DNA of 64,000 nucleotides from Podarcis erhardii (taxonomy: Eukaryota): NCBI GenBank assembly GCA_964252035.1, contig OZ176201.1, one strand, 5' to 3'. The position numbers and the translations under genes were made by a program. This document shows, one piece after another, positions 1 to 15,500 of this stretch (position 1 is its first letter; the number at the start of each line of letters is the position of its first letter). A model generated the notes under the pieces. The model worked only from the letters and a program-made list of their open reading frames with translations. It was not told the DNA's origin and ran no database searches.

Positions 1-2497
1 GCATTTGTACTGTAAATAAATGAAACAATATGTGTCAAGGGGCTCAAGTAGTGGCACCCTGCTGATTTGCACCTACATCAGCTTGTCCCGTATAAGGGTG
101 AATCAAACGCTGCCTTAGTTTAGACAATATTTGCACGAGCCTTGTGTCTGTGCTACCCCTTCCCTCCTTCAGTGCTTCTAGATTGGAATTTATTGTGGAA
201 TTGGTGTTGTTCATTATTTTTGCATGGTTCACACAACATCATAATAAAAATGCCAGTCCATTTCCCCTTACTGTGGAAACTCTGAAGTCAAAAGGAGCCA
301 GTATGCACCTACAGTCACTGCTGGTATGGAACACATTAGCACATATTTTTGGCACGTAGTTTGTCATATGCGGTCCCCTACTTCTGTTTGTTTCTCATTC
401 AAGTACAATCTAGCCTTTTTGCTTCTGGTGGCCACAATGATGTGACTGTGACTGTTTCCACCAATTGCTGCATGTTCACAGTTCATATATCAGAGACCTC
501 TATATTAAAAATAAAATTTGGCTCATCAGGAGTTCTGCTAAATCTTTTAGCCAGCTGTTCGCCACATGAGTAAGAAGCTAGAGTGGGAGGATCATGGGGC
601 CCCATGGCCGCTAATGGGTATGTGTGGCTCTTATGGAAACCCTGCCAACCAGCACAAAGAATGGCCATGGCTATTGCAAATTGATGAGACCAAACTGGGC
701 CCAACTTGCTTTTAAAAAAGGACATTGTTGTGTTAAACTTTCTACAAGTTGTCCAGGAACAAACATTAGCCTCAGTGACCTAGAATTTCATGGTTCCTGC
801 CTAGATCCCTTAAATATAATTGTTTCAGTGGTACCATATTAGTGTTAAAGCTTCCGGGCTAGGAAAAAGAAAGCAAGAGAATGCATGACACCTAACTGAG
901 TACAGCCACATCAGATTGATTTTTTGGTGTGTGCGCTAGTGTCATTCCCCCATCTACAACCCACCACTTTGCCCATGGTGAAACATACTAGTTATGCTTC
1001 TTTGTATGTTCTTCTTGCGGTTTTGTTTTGTTTTTTTAAGAGGAAGGTATGCGTGTGCACAGATACAGAAATAACTGCATGTATGTCTAGAATGGAAACG
1101 AGCCATAGATGGTGAGGGAGGAGTGACTGAGAGGAAGGAGAAAACAAAATTACAGATACATTCCATCAACTTCCACCTATTAGTGTGGATAGCAACCAAC
1201 AGAATAGCGATTAATTGCATATTAAGATTGAAAAAAGGGGAATGTATAGAAACAATCTGCCAGCTGCACTCACAAGAAAATTAGGTCTATGTAAGTCCCT
1301 TGCTTCTCAGTGTACCAGGACTGAAGACTCCTTGGGTTTATTAATCATGATTTTCAGTTACATCAAAGTCAGGAAAGTATGGTTACCAGGGCTGGAACCA
1401 ACTTAAGATCTGAAACAAACTTTGAACCATGTTTTCATAGACTGGTTTATTCCAATACTGGTAAACATTGTTTAGTTTTACTCAGAGTAGATGCATTGAA
1501 ATTAATGGACCTAACTTAGTAATGTTCTTTAATTTCAGTGGGTCTACTTTGAGTAAAACTTTGTTGAATGTCGCCCCAGTGTCTGAATATTTATTTTAAA
1601 TTACCCCAGATAATAGATATTTGTTTTATGTTTTTAAAATGTTTGCTAAAGCACCTTTGTTGATATTATTTGTAAAATTGTTTTGGTATTGTCTTAGGTT
1701 GCCACCGTTTCGGGCATATAAATTGATATGTGAGGTATTTATATATTTAACAACACGGTATAGTCCCTGTGCACCGTGGGATGACTATAGGGTTCAACAC
1801 AATATTATTGCTCTGCATCCCCTGCCACACATTCATAGGCATATGTGCAGTTAGCCCAACAGGCTGTTGTGGGAAATGGCAAGCCTCTACACAGCTTACA
1901 TTTCCCAACACAGCCCTTCCACCCTTCTTGACCATACCATCTTGGTGCACTGCCTGTATGTACAACTGGAGTTATGCCTTTACTTTTAAACCACATTCAA
2001 GCACATTGTTTCCTTCAAGAAATTCTGCAGCTTACCCCTCACAGAGTTACAATTTCTAGCAACTTTTAACAAACTACAGTGTCCAGAATTCTTTGGGAAT
2101 GTGCTTTGTACTATATACACAGCCCACAAAAAAAGAATTAAAGCTGTATACCAAAGTAGACAAGATGTCATCCATGGAATTTTGCATTCATGTGATTGAA
2201 TTTTTAAAAGTAAATAGCAGGATGGGATAGGGGATGGGGCCATCTGGATTGGGAGCCTGGTGAGAAGGGGAACTTTAACCCTTCACCCCCCTTGCCCTGA
2301 TCTAGATGGGGGTGGGAGAAAACTGGTACGAATGAGATTTTTGTTTCTACCGTGAATAGCAGGTGTGCAGTGTTCAATTAACTATTTCTGTCAAAAAGGC
2401 ACTGGAAAGCTAAGAGTGATTGAATAAATCCTTGGGAAGTAAATGGGGGGGATGCTTTCTGTAAACTGAAGTGCCTCAATTCCCTTCTTTCCTACAG

Positions 2498-2719
2498 GTG
2501 GCATTATTCCACTTCTAAATCACTCTCCCCATGGCATTGGGGCCTTATTGGGCTATACAGTAGTGGAGGATTTATGTTCACCTTGCCCAAGTCAAAGGCA
2601 GAAAGTGCAGCAAAACTTGCTTTCCTCAAGAAACATAACTGGATCACCAGAGGAACAAGGGTTATCTTCATTGACTTTTCAATGTATAATGCCAATGTAA
2701 ACCTCTTCTGTGTGGTCAG
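2498..2719 (+). CDS. PKD2L2: PKD2L2 exon, TOP domain ([15 protein letters not shown]...[27 protein letters not shown])
   Basis: cctacag acceptor, AG|gtgagc donor, 222 nt, phase 2-2. Confidence 0.95.
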
Positions 2720-5700
2720 GTGAGCTCTTCTGTTTGCTGTTCTTAAAATTCAGTTTTCAAGATAAAGTAATCGCCTTACCAGTCCTATTGATAAAGTAAT
2801 AATGGCATGTTCTACTCTGTTGCTGAATGGACGAATCTCACCCTGTGCAGGCTACTTAAAATTGTGGTACATCTACTACGCAAATCAAATCCTTCTTCTT
2901 TCCACTCCTTCCAGTTGCTGCTGGTTTAGCATACAAACTCTTCTAGCCCTTGACTTTTGCTTTGCCTTTTCAGGCATTAAATCTAGGGTGCCGCCACTGC
3001 ATGGACTGTATCTCATTTCATTTCCTAAAAGTTCCACTGATGCCAGAGTTTGAAATCTTGACTGAATGCTATAGAGCAGCAGCTTTTTTTTGGATCCACA
3101 AAACCGAAACATGTTAAAACTTGTCAAGAAACAAAACCCTCATTATATCTAGAGCAGAAGTGGCTGGCTTTTCTTGGTTCAGTAGCTACTTACATCCTTA
3201 GACTGTTCTCTAGGTGCATGCTAGTGGTGATTGTGACCAAAAGTGGGTATGTGCATCCTATACTCACACAAGCACAGAATGCATGTGTGCACGCTCACAT
3301 AGGTACAGAGCCCTCACTGATCTACTGAGAAATGGAGTTATTGCACCTTCCCTGCTCATCAAATGAAGTGGAAGGGTGTGATATGCATCTTCAACAGGGC
3401 ACTGGACTGGGCCGAGGGGTTTAAATCTCTTGGCCCACTGCAGTTCATGCCTGTTTATATTTTTTATTCCTTTGCCACCACTACCAAAATCTGTGGGGTC
3501 TTGGGGGCCAGAAAAACTTGCTTAGGGGACTACATCAGCCCCCCAAGCCAGAGGTTAGCTACAACTGATCGAGAGGTAATAATAGTTCAGGGGCCTTTGA
3601 AATTACCCCAGGTGAGCTTTGCAGTTTGGAATCAGTCTTATGTGTTACCGGATAGCATCCTCCTTTACTTTCATTTCACAGGCTCATTGTGGAATTTCCT
3701 GCAACAGGTGGTGCAATCCCCTCCTGGCAGTTCCACTCTGTAAAGCTTCTCAGATACGTCAGCTATTACGATTATTTCCTGGCCTCTTGTGAAGTCATTT
3801 TTTGTCTTTTCATCTTCACTTTCACCATCCAAGAAGTTTTAAAATTAAAGAAACAGAAAAAGGACTATTTTAGAGATGCCTGGAACTGGCTGGATGTGTT
3901 ACTGCTCCTGGTAAGTCTCAGAAATTACAAAAAAGAATTATGACAGAAACCATATTGCGGTGTGGGGACAGGATGCTTTCCATTATGCCACTAGAGAGAG
4001 CTGGGAATACTGGGAAGAGGGGTAGATGTTCCTTGGGCAAGGAACATTCGCAGCTTCACATTTAGTATGTTTCTGCCCCTTGAGAAACATAGCAGTTAAC
4101 TGTGTTTTACACATGGCAATTCTTTTCTGAAAACCAGGCCAAAGCAGTCAAAATGCAAGGCTCACGATCAATGTGTACATTCAGTGTTTCCTGGCCATCC
4201 ACAACTTAGCTTGTATATGATTTACAGTAAGCATACTGGTAATCAGAATAATTTTGTTTCCCTGCTTTCCTTAAAGTAAAGTGCTTGAAAAAGTTCTTAG
4301 TGTTTTATTTTTCCACAGTTACATAAGAACCTGGCTACATTAAATTTATTATATTCAGAGTGGTGCTGTATTTATGTTGAATCCATTGGCATGGATAGCA
4401 ATCCCTGCTCAGTCTTGGTTTCCTTGGGTGCCACTAGATCAGTCAGATAAAATGTTGAACTTTGGCTTTTCATTAGAAGAATGTGCCAAGAGCCTCAGAG
4501 CTCATGTGTTCCCTTTTCCTCCAGATTTTGATTCCATTATTCACTAGCTAAGGTTTAGTGTTATGTCAAAAACTGAAATTTACCTATGATTTAATGCAGT
4601 GCTTCTTTCTGGGGGTATGCAGGGGTACACATACCCATAAACATTTTGTGAATCTAAGTTTTGCCTCATCGAGGGGCAGTATTTCAGTATGAGTAGGAAA
4701 ATAAGAGTACCCCTAAACAATTTTTATAGAAAAAAAGCACTGGTTTACTGAAAGAAACTAACTTCAAACTTTTGTTTATTAAGGTGGCTCCTTTCAAAAA
4801 CCATAGCTAAGTTCAACCATAGTTCAGGCATAATGCTAAACTGCAGCTAATTGAAAATTGAAGGGAAAGCTTTCAATTGTCTCTTTGCAATCTGCTTTCA
4901 CCCATTTAGGATGAAAAAGCAGGAATTATAGGACAGATATCACCTTTCTTTTGGGAGGAAAATTGATACCTAAATTAGGAACAAGCTTGTCTGATACCTC
5001 TTTTGGGCCTTTAGCAGGGATAGGATTATTTCTTGTTTTCTGCTGTCTACTACTCCCTAGTAATTGGGGTACAGTAAAAAGAGAGTTCCCTGATCCCCAC
5101 CCATCCAAATATTTTTTATTTATTAAATTTCTATACCACCCTTCAACTGAAGATTACAGGGAGGATTACAATATAAAAATGCAAAAATATATAACATAGT
5201 AACAAACAAGTATAGTACCCCTCCACACAGTTTAAAAGGCCATAAATTGTATAATTAGCTAAAGGTTAGGAGAAGAGAAACGTTTTTTCTTGGCACCTAA
5301 AGATACATAACGAAAGGGCCAGGCAAGCCTTCCTGGGGAGAGCATTCCACAAGGGAAGAGCCCTCTTGGCCTCTCATGGAAGAAATGTCTCAGATGATGA
5401 TTGCAGTGTCTGGGTAGGTTCATGTGGGGAGAGGGGTGCAAACTTCCCATCCTCAAAAAGCCTGTTGTGTCATGGCAAGAATTTTGCAGTCCCCAAAAGG
5501 CGACATCAGATGGATAAAGAATGGCAGCTCTATAACAATAGCTAAAGAAACAGAGTCCCTATCTTTTTTCCACCGAAAAGGTTTCCACTTTATCATTTTA
5601 ACGGCCTGTCGGTATTTTGGGGCATTCCAGGTGACAGCAGAGCTTTAAGAAAGAGACAGATGCAGAGATAGAAAGAGAGACAGAGAAGGGATGTGAAAAT

Positions 5701-6357
5701 CTAGTTCAGAAGGTGGAGACTTTTTCAGCAATATCTGGAAAAAGGCAAATCATTATGTCATCATCCTGTCAGCACAGGGAGAAGGGCTGTTTTCAGTCTC
5801 TGAGGTTGCTACACAAACATGTAAATACATTTGCTTGCAAACTGTAATAATTACAACAGCAATTCTTAATCCTCATTTTGTATGTAAATAAATGAAATTC
5901 TGGGACTCATACGGAAATCTGAGGGAAACTCACCCCACACAGAATCCTTTTAGGGGAAACCATTCTAAGCTAGTAATAAAACTTAAATGAGTTCTTCATG
6001 TACCCTAAAACATTCCATTTCAGGTGACAACTAAGATGTGAATATTCCATGCCTGAAGAAAAATATTAATGTTACCCTCATGGTGAAGAAGAGCATGAGT
6101 TATGGTGTTTCATAAAATAAAATGCTCCTTATATAGATACTCAGATACCCAGAGGGCCTTCTCGGTAGTGGCACCCGCTCTGTGGAACGCCTTCCCATCA
6201 AAGAAATAAACAACTATCTGACATTTAGAAGACAGCCCTGTTTAGGGAGGTTTTTAATGATTGATGTTTTAATGTATTTTAACTCCTTTGTTGGAAGCTG
6301 CCCACAGTGACTGGAGAGGCCCAGCCAGATGGGTGGGGTATAAATGATAAATTTATT

Positions 6358-6408
<51 letters not shown>

Positions 6409-9400
6409 ATTTACTCCCTACATACATTTTAATGCATATTTGGCTTATAGGCAGATATGGTTGACCTCTCGTAGCCCTTTATCAATCAACTTCATTAAGA
6501 TATGAATAATATATCAGAAAAATATAAATTGTAACCTCACAAATGTTTGCTTTTCCCCCTCCAGTTGTCTGTTTTTGCTATTTTCTTCAATGTTTACCGA
6601 ACTATTGAAGTGTCCAGGTTGATGGAAAGTCTGCTCTCCAATTCAGAAGCTTATCCAGACTTTAATTTCCTTTCATTCTGGCAGACCCGTTACAATAATA
6701 TGATTTCAGTGAATGTATTTTTTGCATGGATAAAGGTACTGCTGCTCACATTGCTAAATATATTAACAATGTTTTATTTTCGTACTTCTCACAGAAAATT
6801 TTCAAATTTTCTCTTAGAGATTTTAAAGAGCTATCTGAAGAATGTTTGCATAGGTGTTTATAGATATTTTCCTCTTTCCTCCACATTCATAATCTCTGCC
6901 AAGGCTTATCCCTTAGGGGACTATAGTACATTATTTGTCAGGGAGACCCTCAAAAATGCCACTTTAGTAACATCCACTGTCATGTTCTTTATCACCTTCC
7001 TTCTAAAATTGCAGCCTACTTAAAGTATAGGAGTGGGGAAAGCTGTTGTGTAGTATTATGGACTGCTAATGTGACCATGAAATGCCTTGCATTGCTTTAA
7101 GAAAATGGGTTAACTTTTCACTAATCTTCCATTGGTCAAAGTTGGTCATACAGTCACACTTGCCCTAGCAGTTACTCCAAATTCCAAATATGTCCGTTGG
7201 TCCAAAAAGATTAGAACACCCTGTTCTAGTGTAATGTTCAGAAGGGAATTTCCATGGAGAGAATGTCATGTTCCAGTTAAATAAAGAGCTTGTGCATTTC
7301 CCACATTTATTTTCTCTTTGAAACTTAAACTGGAAGTGCTGTAAGAGAAAGTCCCCATCGCTTGCTCTTCTTTTGCAGTTTCAGTTAGGTTACCAGAGTA
7401 GCATGGGATCTCACACTAGGGACCAATGTAATGTTTGAAATTGGGCTTAAAGGTCTACCATTCAGTACGTCCAATACTGATTATTTTAATTTATATAAAG
7501 AGTTATATAGAATCTCCAGCAGAAATCCTTCCTCTGGAAAAGGGAACTGTGTGAGCACTGGAAGTGATCTATAAGCACTAGAAGAATGGAATATAATTTT
7601 TTATAAAAATTAAAAATAATATGTCTTTTATAAAGAACTTCATTTCTCTAGTTATTTCATTTCAGGCTCACCTGAATATTCATCCAGTTTAGTATTGGTT
7701 TCCTGCCAAATTTAAGCAGGTAACTTTGAGCCCCTTCTGTTGGCTTGGTCTTTGTCCCACCACAATGTATCCTGTTCTGTTTTCTTCCAGATATTTAAAT
7801 ACATAAGCTTTAACAAGACCATGACCCAGCTGTCTTCCACTCTATCCCGCTGCGCTAAAGATATCATCGGATTTGCCATCATGTTCTTTATCATCTTCTT
7901 TGCATACGCACAGTTGGGTTACCTGGTCTTCGGGTCTCAAGTGGACGAATTTTCCACTTTTCAGAATTGCATGTATGGAGTCTTCCAGATTGTCTTCATA
8001 TAGTTCTGTGATTAGTTGGAGCAGAATTTTCTTAAGTGAAGTGCTAAGAGTGCCTGAAATGTTTAATAATGGCATGTTGTGGGATATCTGAGCTGCCTGG
8101 TAAAAGTATACAGCTGGAATGGGCAATGGTGGCACAGCAAATCTTTACTGGGTGGGCAAAGTGACCCATTTACTCACAGCCATTTTAAAGGAGCTCGCAC
8201 CTGAAACAACAATATATCACCAAACCCTTCCCGCTTCAGTTCTCATCCAGGTACAGGGAGACATGATGACTGTGAATGAACATTTCTGCATGCAGGGCAC
8301 AAAGTGGATTGTTACTTAAGCCAGCCTTTCTCAACCTGGTGCCCTCCAGGTGTTTTGGACTAGATGCTTTGACCCCAGCCAGCATAGCCAATGGTCAGGA
8401 ATGATGGGAGGTCTCGTCCAAATCATCTGGAGGGCATCAGTTCGAGCAAGGCTGTTCTAAACTTTTATGTCTAAATTGTTTTGCCACTATACACTCTTTG
8501 GGAGCTATGCTGAGGAGCAAGGTAAAAATCTTAATAATAATAAAATTAGCTAGTCACTATAGAAATAGGTTTGAAAGCTCAGAACAGATAATCTATGGAA
8601 GCCAGTGGTTGATATTTTAAAACTGAGTATAAGCTGTATCATAAGATTTAACTCAATATAAATTGTAGAAGAATATTGTATACTGACCGTTTCTATATTT
8701 TTTCTCCCTCTCAAGTTTTACCCAATTTCGCATCGTGCTTGGAGATTTTAACTTTGCCGAAATAGAGCATGCAAATCGAATTCTTGGGCCAATTTACTTC
8801 ATCACATTTGTGTTCTTTGTGTTCTTCGTACTGCTGGTAAGTAGTGTTTTAGATAATTCCAATTAAATACAAATACATATACAAGCAAACAAACAAACAA
8901 ACAAAGTAATTAAATCTCTGTATTTGGGCTGGTGTCAGAGTAATAAAACATAGTACACATGTTCATAGTTTTATGGGACAGTGTTTAAATGATCATATAT
9001 TGGCTTAATATGCTGAGATATCAATGTGCCTTTTTTTAGCATAGTCAAGTACTGTTCTTTTCAATTTGCAGTGCAAACAAATAAACCAGGAAAGCTTCAA
9101 TTAACCATATTCCAAGCCACAATTTGAAGTTGTTTTAATACTGTGGTTTGTTCTCAAGCTGGTAACCATAGTTTCATGGCTTAGATAAAACTGGTAATTA
9201 TGGTTAATTAGAGACTTTCCAGTTAATCATGGCTTGTGCAAAGGGAAGAGTGAAAGCAAAAGTCGTGTTTATATCTTTGCGTATTAAGCTGAAAGACTAT
9301 TGTTATATATATTTCACCAAAGTTGTCATATTTTAATGCAAACCATGAGCACCAGAAAGCCAACAACAAAAGCAACAACAGTATAATCCTATGAATGTCT

Positions 9401-9550
9401 TATTTGGAAGTAAGTCCCACTGAGTTCAGTGAGACCCACTTCCAGGTATCTGTGTACAGCTGGGTTGGGAATTGTGTGGCCCTCCCGGTGGTGTTCAGCT
9501 CCCTTTGGGCCCTAGAAGTATGTAACAACAACAACAACAACAACAACAAC

Positions 9551-9596
<46 letters not shown>

Positions 9597-12500
9597 GATA
9601 TGCTTCCCATCTGACTGGGTTGCCCCAGCCACTCTGGGCAGCTTCCAACAAATTAAAACATTAGACACAGTAAAACATCAGACACTGAAAGCTTCCCTAT
9701 ACAGGGCTGCCTTCATATGCCTTCTAAAAGTCAGATAGTTTATATCCTATAAAAGTGGCCTGAGACCACTCACTTACAGAAGTGCAATATGGTCTACCTT
9801 CTGCTGGAATTTCTTTTGAGAGATACATTTGTAAAGCACTGAGGCATGACTTTAAATTATTCTGCTGTTTAAGCATTCAGGGCTGACACTTACTTCAGCA
9901 GTCCTTGCAGTGCTAAGCTTAGTAATGGTTTGTTAATGAGTCAGGGAAAAAGGAGATGTGGCAAGGAAGCAGGGATGCAACAAGAGGGAGATTGAGAGAT
10001 GGTAGACTGCAAATGTTGTGGAGCAAGGAGCTAATTTTAGAAAGGCTTACCATTCTTATTTGTCTATTCCCTCAGGTTTAGCGGGTAAAGTTAGAGAACT
10101 CGAGGTGGGGCATGAGTTTTCTTTTTTTATACTTTGTTTTGATTATGTTGCCCTGCCAATTTACTGTGATAAACCTTGAATACTGAATAGCAGAGCTAAG
10201 TTGCTTATGTAAAAGTAGGCATGATTATAAAATGTAGGTGCACATTTTCATATTTGCCACTGGGATGTTAGAAGATGAGAAAACTAAATCAGTCAGTCAT
10301 CCCAACCTTATTTTTCCCAAATAGAGGTTTGTAAAGCTTTTGTTAAGGCTGCAGTCTTATGAAGTAAGCCCAGTTGTATTTCCATTGCAAGCCTTTGCTT
10401 ACATCCATGCTGCATCATTTCCCCATTATCTTTTGAAATCTGACCTACCCACTTTCCTATTCCTGTGCATACCTGGGGGTCTTTTTGCACACAGATAGCA
10501 CACAACTTTACTTGTAAGCCAATTCACAGCCTATGCTGAGGGGCAGGTTCAAGCACTTAGTCTGTCATCATGATGAGCAGCAGTGTGACATACTTATTTA
10601 ATTGGAGATGGTTAAGTACAGTGAAATAGGGGATGCGGGTGGCGCTGTGGTCTAAACCGTAGAGCCCAGGGCTTGCCGATCAGAAGGTCAGCAGTTCGAA
10701 TCCCCGCGACCGAGTGAGCTCCCGTTGTTCGGTCCCAGCTCCTGCCCACCTAGCAGTTCAAAAGCACATCAAAGTGCAAGTAGATAAATAGGTACCACTC
10801 CGGCAGGAAGGTAAACAGCGTTTCCATGTGCTGCTCTGGTTCTCCAGAAGCAGCTTAGTCATGCTGCCCACATAACCCGGAAGCTGTCTGCGGACAAACG
10901 CTGGATCCCTCAGCCTGTAAAGCGAGATCAACGCCGCAAACCCAGAGTCGTTTGCGACTGTACCTAATGGTCAAGGGCACAGTAGAATACAGAATGGAAT
11001 CTTTTCACCAGTAAAACATCCTTGCCCCTCATTTCAGGTGGCATGGACAGTGTATCTTGTAGTAGTCATCCAAACATCATGAGGAAAATTGCAATCAAGT
11101 TTGATTTGTACCTCATTACTAAGGTACTAAACATGACACAAAATTTTGAAGTAAAATCCTCATCAAGGGCGCTAACCAGCAATTGATGTGATCCCCTTGG
11201 ACAAACGGAGAAAAAAATAGTGGGTGTAGTCATCATATTAATATTGGAACTTTGGAAGGAGTTGTAAAATTAATAAAAACTACTATTAGCCACTATATTG
11301 CAAGGTTGGTGAGTTGTCTTCTATTATGAATGTACTAATTTTTCTTATTCACTGCACCTTGCAAATATTGTTGACTCTAATCGCTGCTCTGTTGTATTGA
11401 CTAATCTGGCATCATTGCTTTTGACTGTAATGGATCTGATTAAATAACCATTGAGACTCCTTCCTGTAAGTTCAGCCTCTGATTTTGTGACTCAAAATTC
11501 TTTCTCTTTTGCACAGAACATGTTCTTGGCAATCATTAATGACACATACTCTGAAGTGAAAGCTGATTTTTCAGTCATCCCAAGCAGAGAATTTGAGATC
11601 AGTGATCTTATTAAACAGGTAAGCACCTATAGGTGTTTGTTCATATTACCATTGTCAGCAACAAAATAATGGCTGCTTGTTAATCATATATTGGCATAAT
11701 AGGATGAGATGTGAAGAAGTTTCATTTTGTACCTGCAGCCACTTTGTTGCTCCTTTTGTTAGAGCAAGTAAACAAGACAGGAAATCTTTCCATCTCATCC
11801 TGACTGGGAAATTAATGGTTAATGGTTTCAGGACGAACAAGTATATTAAGACTCATATAATGGTTTGGAGTGGTTTAATATCCTGGCTTGTTCCAAAGCT
11901 ATCATGAGGACAAAATGGGAAATTATAGTTAATGGAAAATTTCCTGGCTTATTTTCTGTTCACACAAAGGGAAGAGCTAAGTGGTTGTGTGTGTGATCAA
12001 AAGCTTGTTCATATGTCAGCTTAATCATGTGACTATATTAATCATAGATAATAGAATCTATAATGAGTAGTTACTGACTACTTGCTTTATTCATAAAGTC
12101 CTTTAAAGGATCAACCCGGTACTACTTCCTATAGTTCCAATTAAATGAGATGCAATTCACTTGGCTTCAATGGGTCTGTGGTTCCATAGACAATGAATGG
12201 GGTTTTGTCACCTCATTGTTTGGGTTGCATCTCCTAATCAAAGAGTCATTTCTGGTTGGCTCCATTTGTGAGGCTGGGAAAAATAAGAAAGTCACCACAT
12301 GATTCCAACCTTATCTTCGTATTTAGGGGCTCAACCATCCCTACATTGGGATTATGTGGTACACCTTTAGTGACTTGTGAAAACTCATTGCATCTCTTTA
12401 TATTACCCATGTCTTCTTTTTGACCATATGATATTTTCAAGCAGGTTACTAGCAATGCCCCATTTGGTTGTGCAGAGCCTGGTGATAGGGAGAAACATGT

Positions 12501-15500
12501 GTTTGGTGTGGCTGATGAATATGTAAATCTGGTTTCATTGAGAATCTCATGTGAGATTTTCTTATTTAAGAGCAGGGGTTTTTATCAGCCCCCCAAGTCG
12601 CTGTTATTTATTATTCATTTGCCAGGTGTATATTTGCAGTCACTGCATATTCAGAAACTACAAACACTTTCTGCCTCATGCTTGTTCAAAGCCTGATTAA
12701 TCCCAAATTCACCAGTGTAACATAGTACCTAATTTAGCTTCCGTTGACTTTTTTTCTTATCCTTATTATTGGGATTTTGAAGAAAGGCTGCTTTATTTTA
12801 AGCAACCGAGCATCTAGAGGATGAAAACAGAGTGCAGAAATACACATTCTGTGATAGGATGTTCAAGTGACAGGTGTCTTAATTTCTAACATCTTGAAAT
12901 AAAAGCATTCCCTCATTTTTAAAAGCCAAGGATTGCTTATTGCTCAGATATGATCATGGGGAAAATATTAAGGAGGCTCATTTATAAAAGATACCATGGA
13001 CATTTCCAGTACATAGAACTCCCACCCAAGTTTATTAATGCTGTTTTTCACAGCCCAGCCTCTATTTAGCACTGAATGTATTGAGACAATGGTTTTTGAT
13101 AAATACATACAACAACTAAAATCTGTGAGGACAGTTACAAGAATGGTAGCCAACTTTTTATTCCACCCCCCATACAATTTTATTAAAGTTTTTCCATAAT
13201 ACAATAAAAGAAACTAATTAAATAAAAACAATAACAATAAAAGAAAGATAAAATAAAATGCAGAGTCCTCTCTCAAAGGTAGCTCTTAACCCTCACATAG
13301 AAAGTGGTAGACTTTCCCAGCTCTCACCAGGGAGCTTTCGTTTTTTCTCCTACTGTCTCACCCTGGCAGATCTTCCCTTCCCTGCCTCTCATTCAGGGTC
13401 CTTCACAGCACCATCCATCACCAAGAATGGTTTCCAAGGTTTTCCCCCTGATGTTTCAGTTGTGTCTTTTTACCCAGTATGCCGCTTAAAATTAATCTCC
13501 TTAATCACTTATAAAGAGTACCACTTTTTTTTGCTTCTGTTTTCTTCCTCACAAGAAATTTGTGTGTCCTAAGTTGTGCTGGAGACAGATCTGAGTGTTA
13601 CCTTTCATAGTATAAAAATAGATGGGAAGAGGCAGCTTGCTTGTTTGGCACAGTAGCCAAAGATGGTGCATACTGAAATTGTTTTGCATTCACCAGAGTT
13701 GCATCCAATTTAAGGGTACAATTCTCTGTCTCTGGAATGGCATCCCAGTGGCTATAGAATTTTATAGCTTTGACTGTATCTGGGCAGAGCAGGACTTCAA
13801 CTATTCCTCCTCCAACAGTAGGAAAGTATATATCTGTGGATCCAGGAAATCTTTGCATCCTCTGAACCCAAATCCTTTCTGTTCCCCTGCTATGTGCCCA
13901 GGATGGGTTTGGGGAAATATGTCAGCCCTCCAACCAGTCCCATCGTTTCTACCCTCACCAGCACAAAACGGTTGGGATTCAGGATTTGATGGGTCTATGT
14001 TGCCCCTTCTCATTGGTTTCCTATGCCCATCTGCCTAACACATCAGCATTCCCTCTTAAGACTCATACATACTGCAAACTTTGAGGCTCCAGCATCATTT
14101 TCAGCTTTCACTCTTTCCCCACTCAGTTTTGCTTAACACCCATTTGAAAAAGTTTCTGACAACTCAGAAGCTTATTCACTATTTTGTGACATTTCAGTGA
14201 GATATAATGAATATATTGCCAAACCATGGTTTTGGGATATCCACCTAACAGTGCTTTCTTTATATTATACTTAGAGTTACAATAAAGCTCTAGTCAAACT
14301 CAAACTGAAGAGGCAGACATCACAGACAGAAGACTTGTATGGAGTAAGCAGGTATAAATCACATGTGCACCTCAGTTTTCAAAACCTTGAAACCAAAAAA
14401 GTATTTGCTATGTCAGCTGTGTTTTTCAAGCTTGCAATCAAATCTAATACACTATCAAATCTAATGTTCACCCTAATTTTCATGACGTAATTAGGCCAAA
14501 AAAGGTGTGCATTACATTCAAGTAAATACAGTATATATATACTATTTAGATAGAAAGAAAGCTCACAAGAGAATTCCGTTGCTGTTGCAGCATATGGTAG
14601 AATCCATGTTCTGTTGCAGTCAAATGGCAAAACTGATTACAGTGCTGCTAGACGGCATGTTAAAGTTTTGAAATAAGGGGGTGGGGAATCTACTCCCAGT
14701 CCTGTCACATGTAAATTTAATGTCAATCAATCTAGACGTTTCCTGAAATGTATAGCCATTGCCATCCTATGTCTGTTCTTATCTCTTGGTTGAATATGTG
14801 TTATTGAAAATAGTGTTTTCTTTCTACCACATCTTACCACTTCCTTGGCTGCTGTATGCGAGGGGCAGGTAAATGCTGAACGGCAATAATAATCATGTCA
14901 TGCATCTTCTTTAACTAGATATAATTGTGATGTGGGAGGAGATGTGGGTGAGCAGTGGGGATAACTTTTTAGGACCCTAAATTTATGGAGCTTTGTTCAG
15001 TCATCCTTTAGCATCAATTGACTGATTAACTGCCTTCAGGCTTTTTGGGAAGAAGTGGGGACTTAATTCTTTTCACACAAAAAAAGATCTACATTTTACA
15101 CCAGGTTCCATTTTGTAGTTTGCTGACATCAGTTTCACTCAGCTGTTTCACAGCAGTGAGGAACCTCTGGCCCACAAAGGCTGTTTTGAGCTGGTGTTGC
15201 CCACCTCTTACTCCCCTGAAGTCATATGACGTGAGGTGTGGGACTGATAAAGCCATGAATGCCAAGGGACTGTCGGGAGAGCACAGTAAGGTGTGTGTTC
15301 CTAATTGCTCCTTTCCTGTGGGACTTGCATTTAATGCTGTATGCGAGCACTGCTGCCTTTTACAGGGATCCGATCACCCAACATCATAAGATATTGGATG
15401 ATTGGCCTATAGTGTGTTGGCCACTGCTTGATCCAGCCTACTGGACCAAAGTGGTTCCCCACCCTTGCTGTATCAGGAAGCAGCCATAATATGGACTGTA

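Noticed and set aside
144-359. Hydrophobic ORF (LEFIVELVLFIIFAW) as an upstream PKD2L2 exon
   Set aside because: No convincing match to polycystin S1/TOP motifs and no good splice sites; the upstream exons are probably left of the window.
9395-9598. ORF ending in poly-N/poly-Y
   Set aside because: Translation of a compound microsatellite.
13622-14038. 138-aa ORF in a PKD2L2 intron
   Set aside because: No recognisable domain, no splice context, composition typical of a random or repeat-derived frame.
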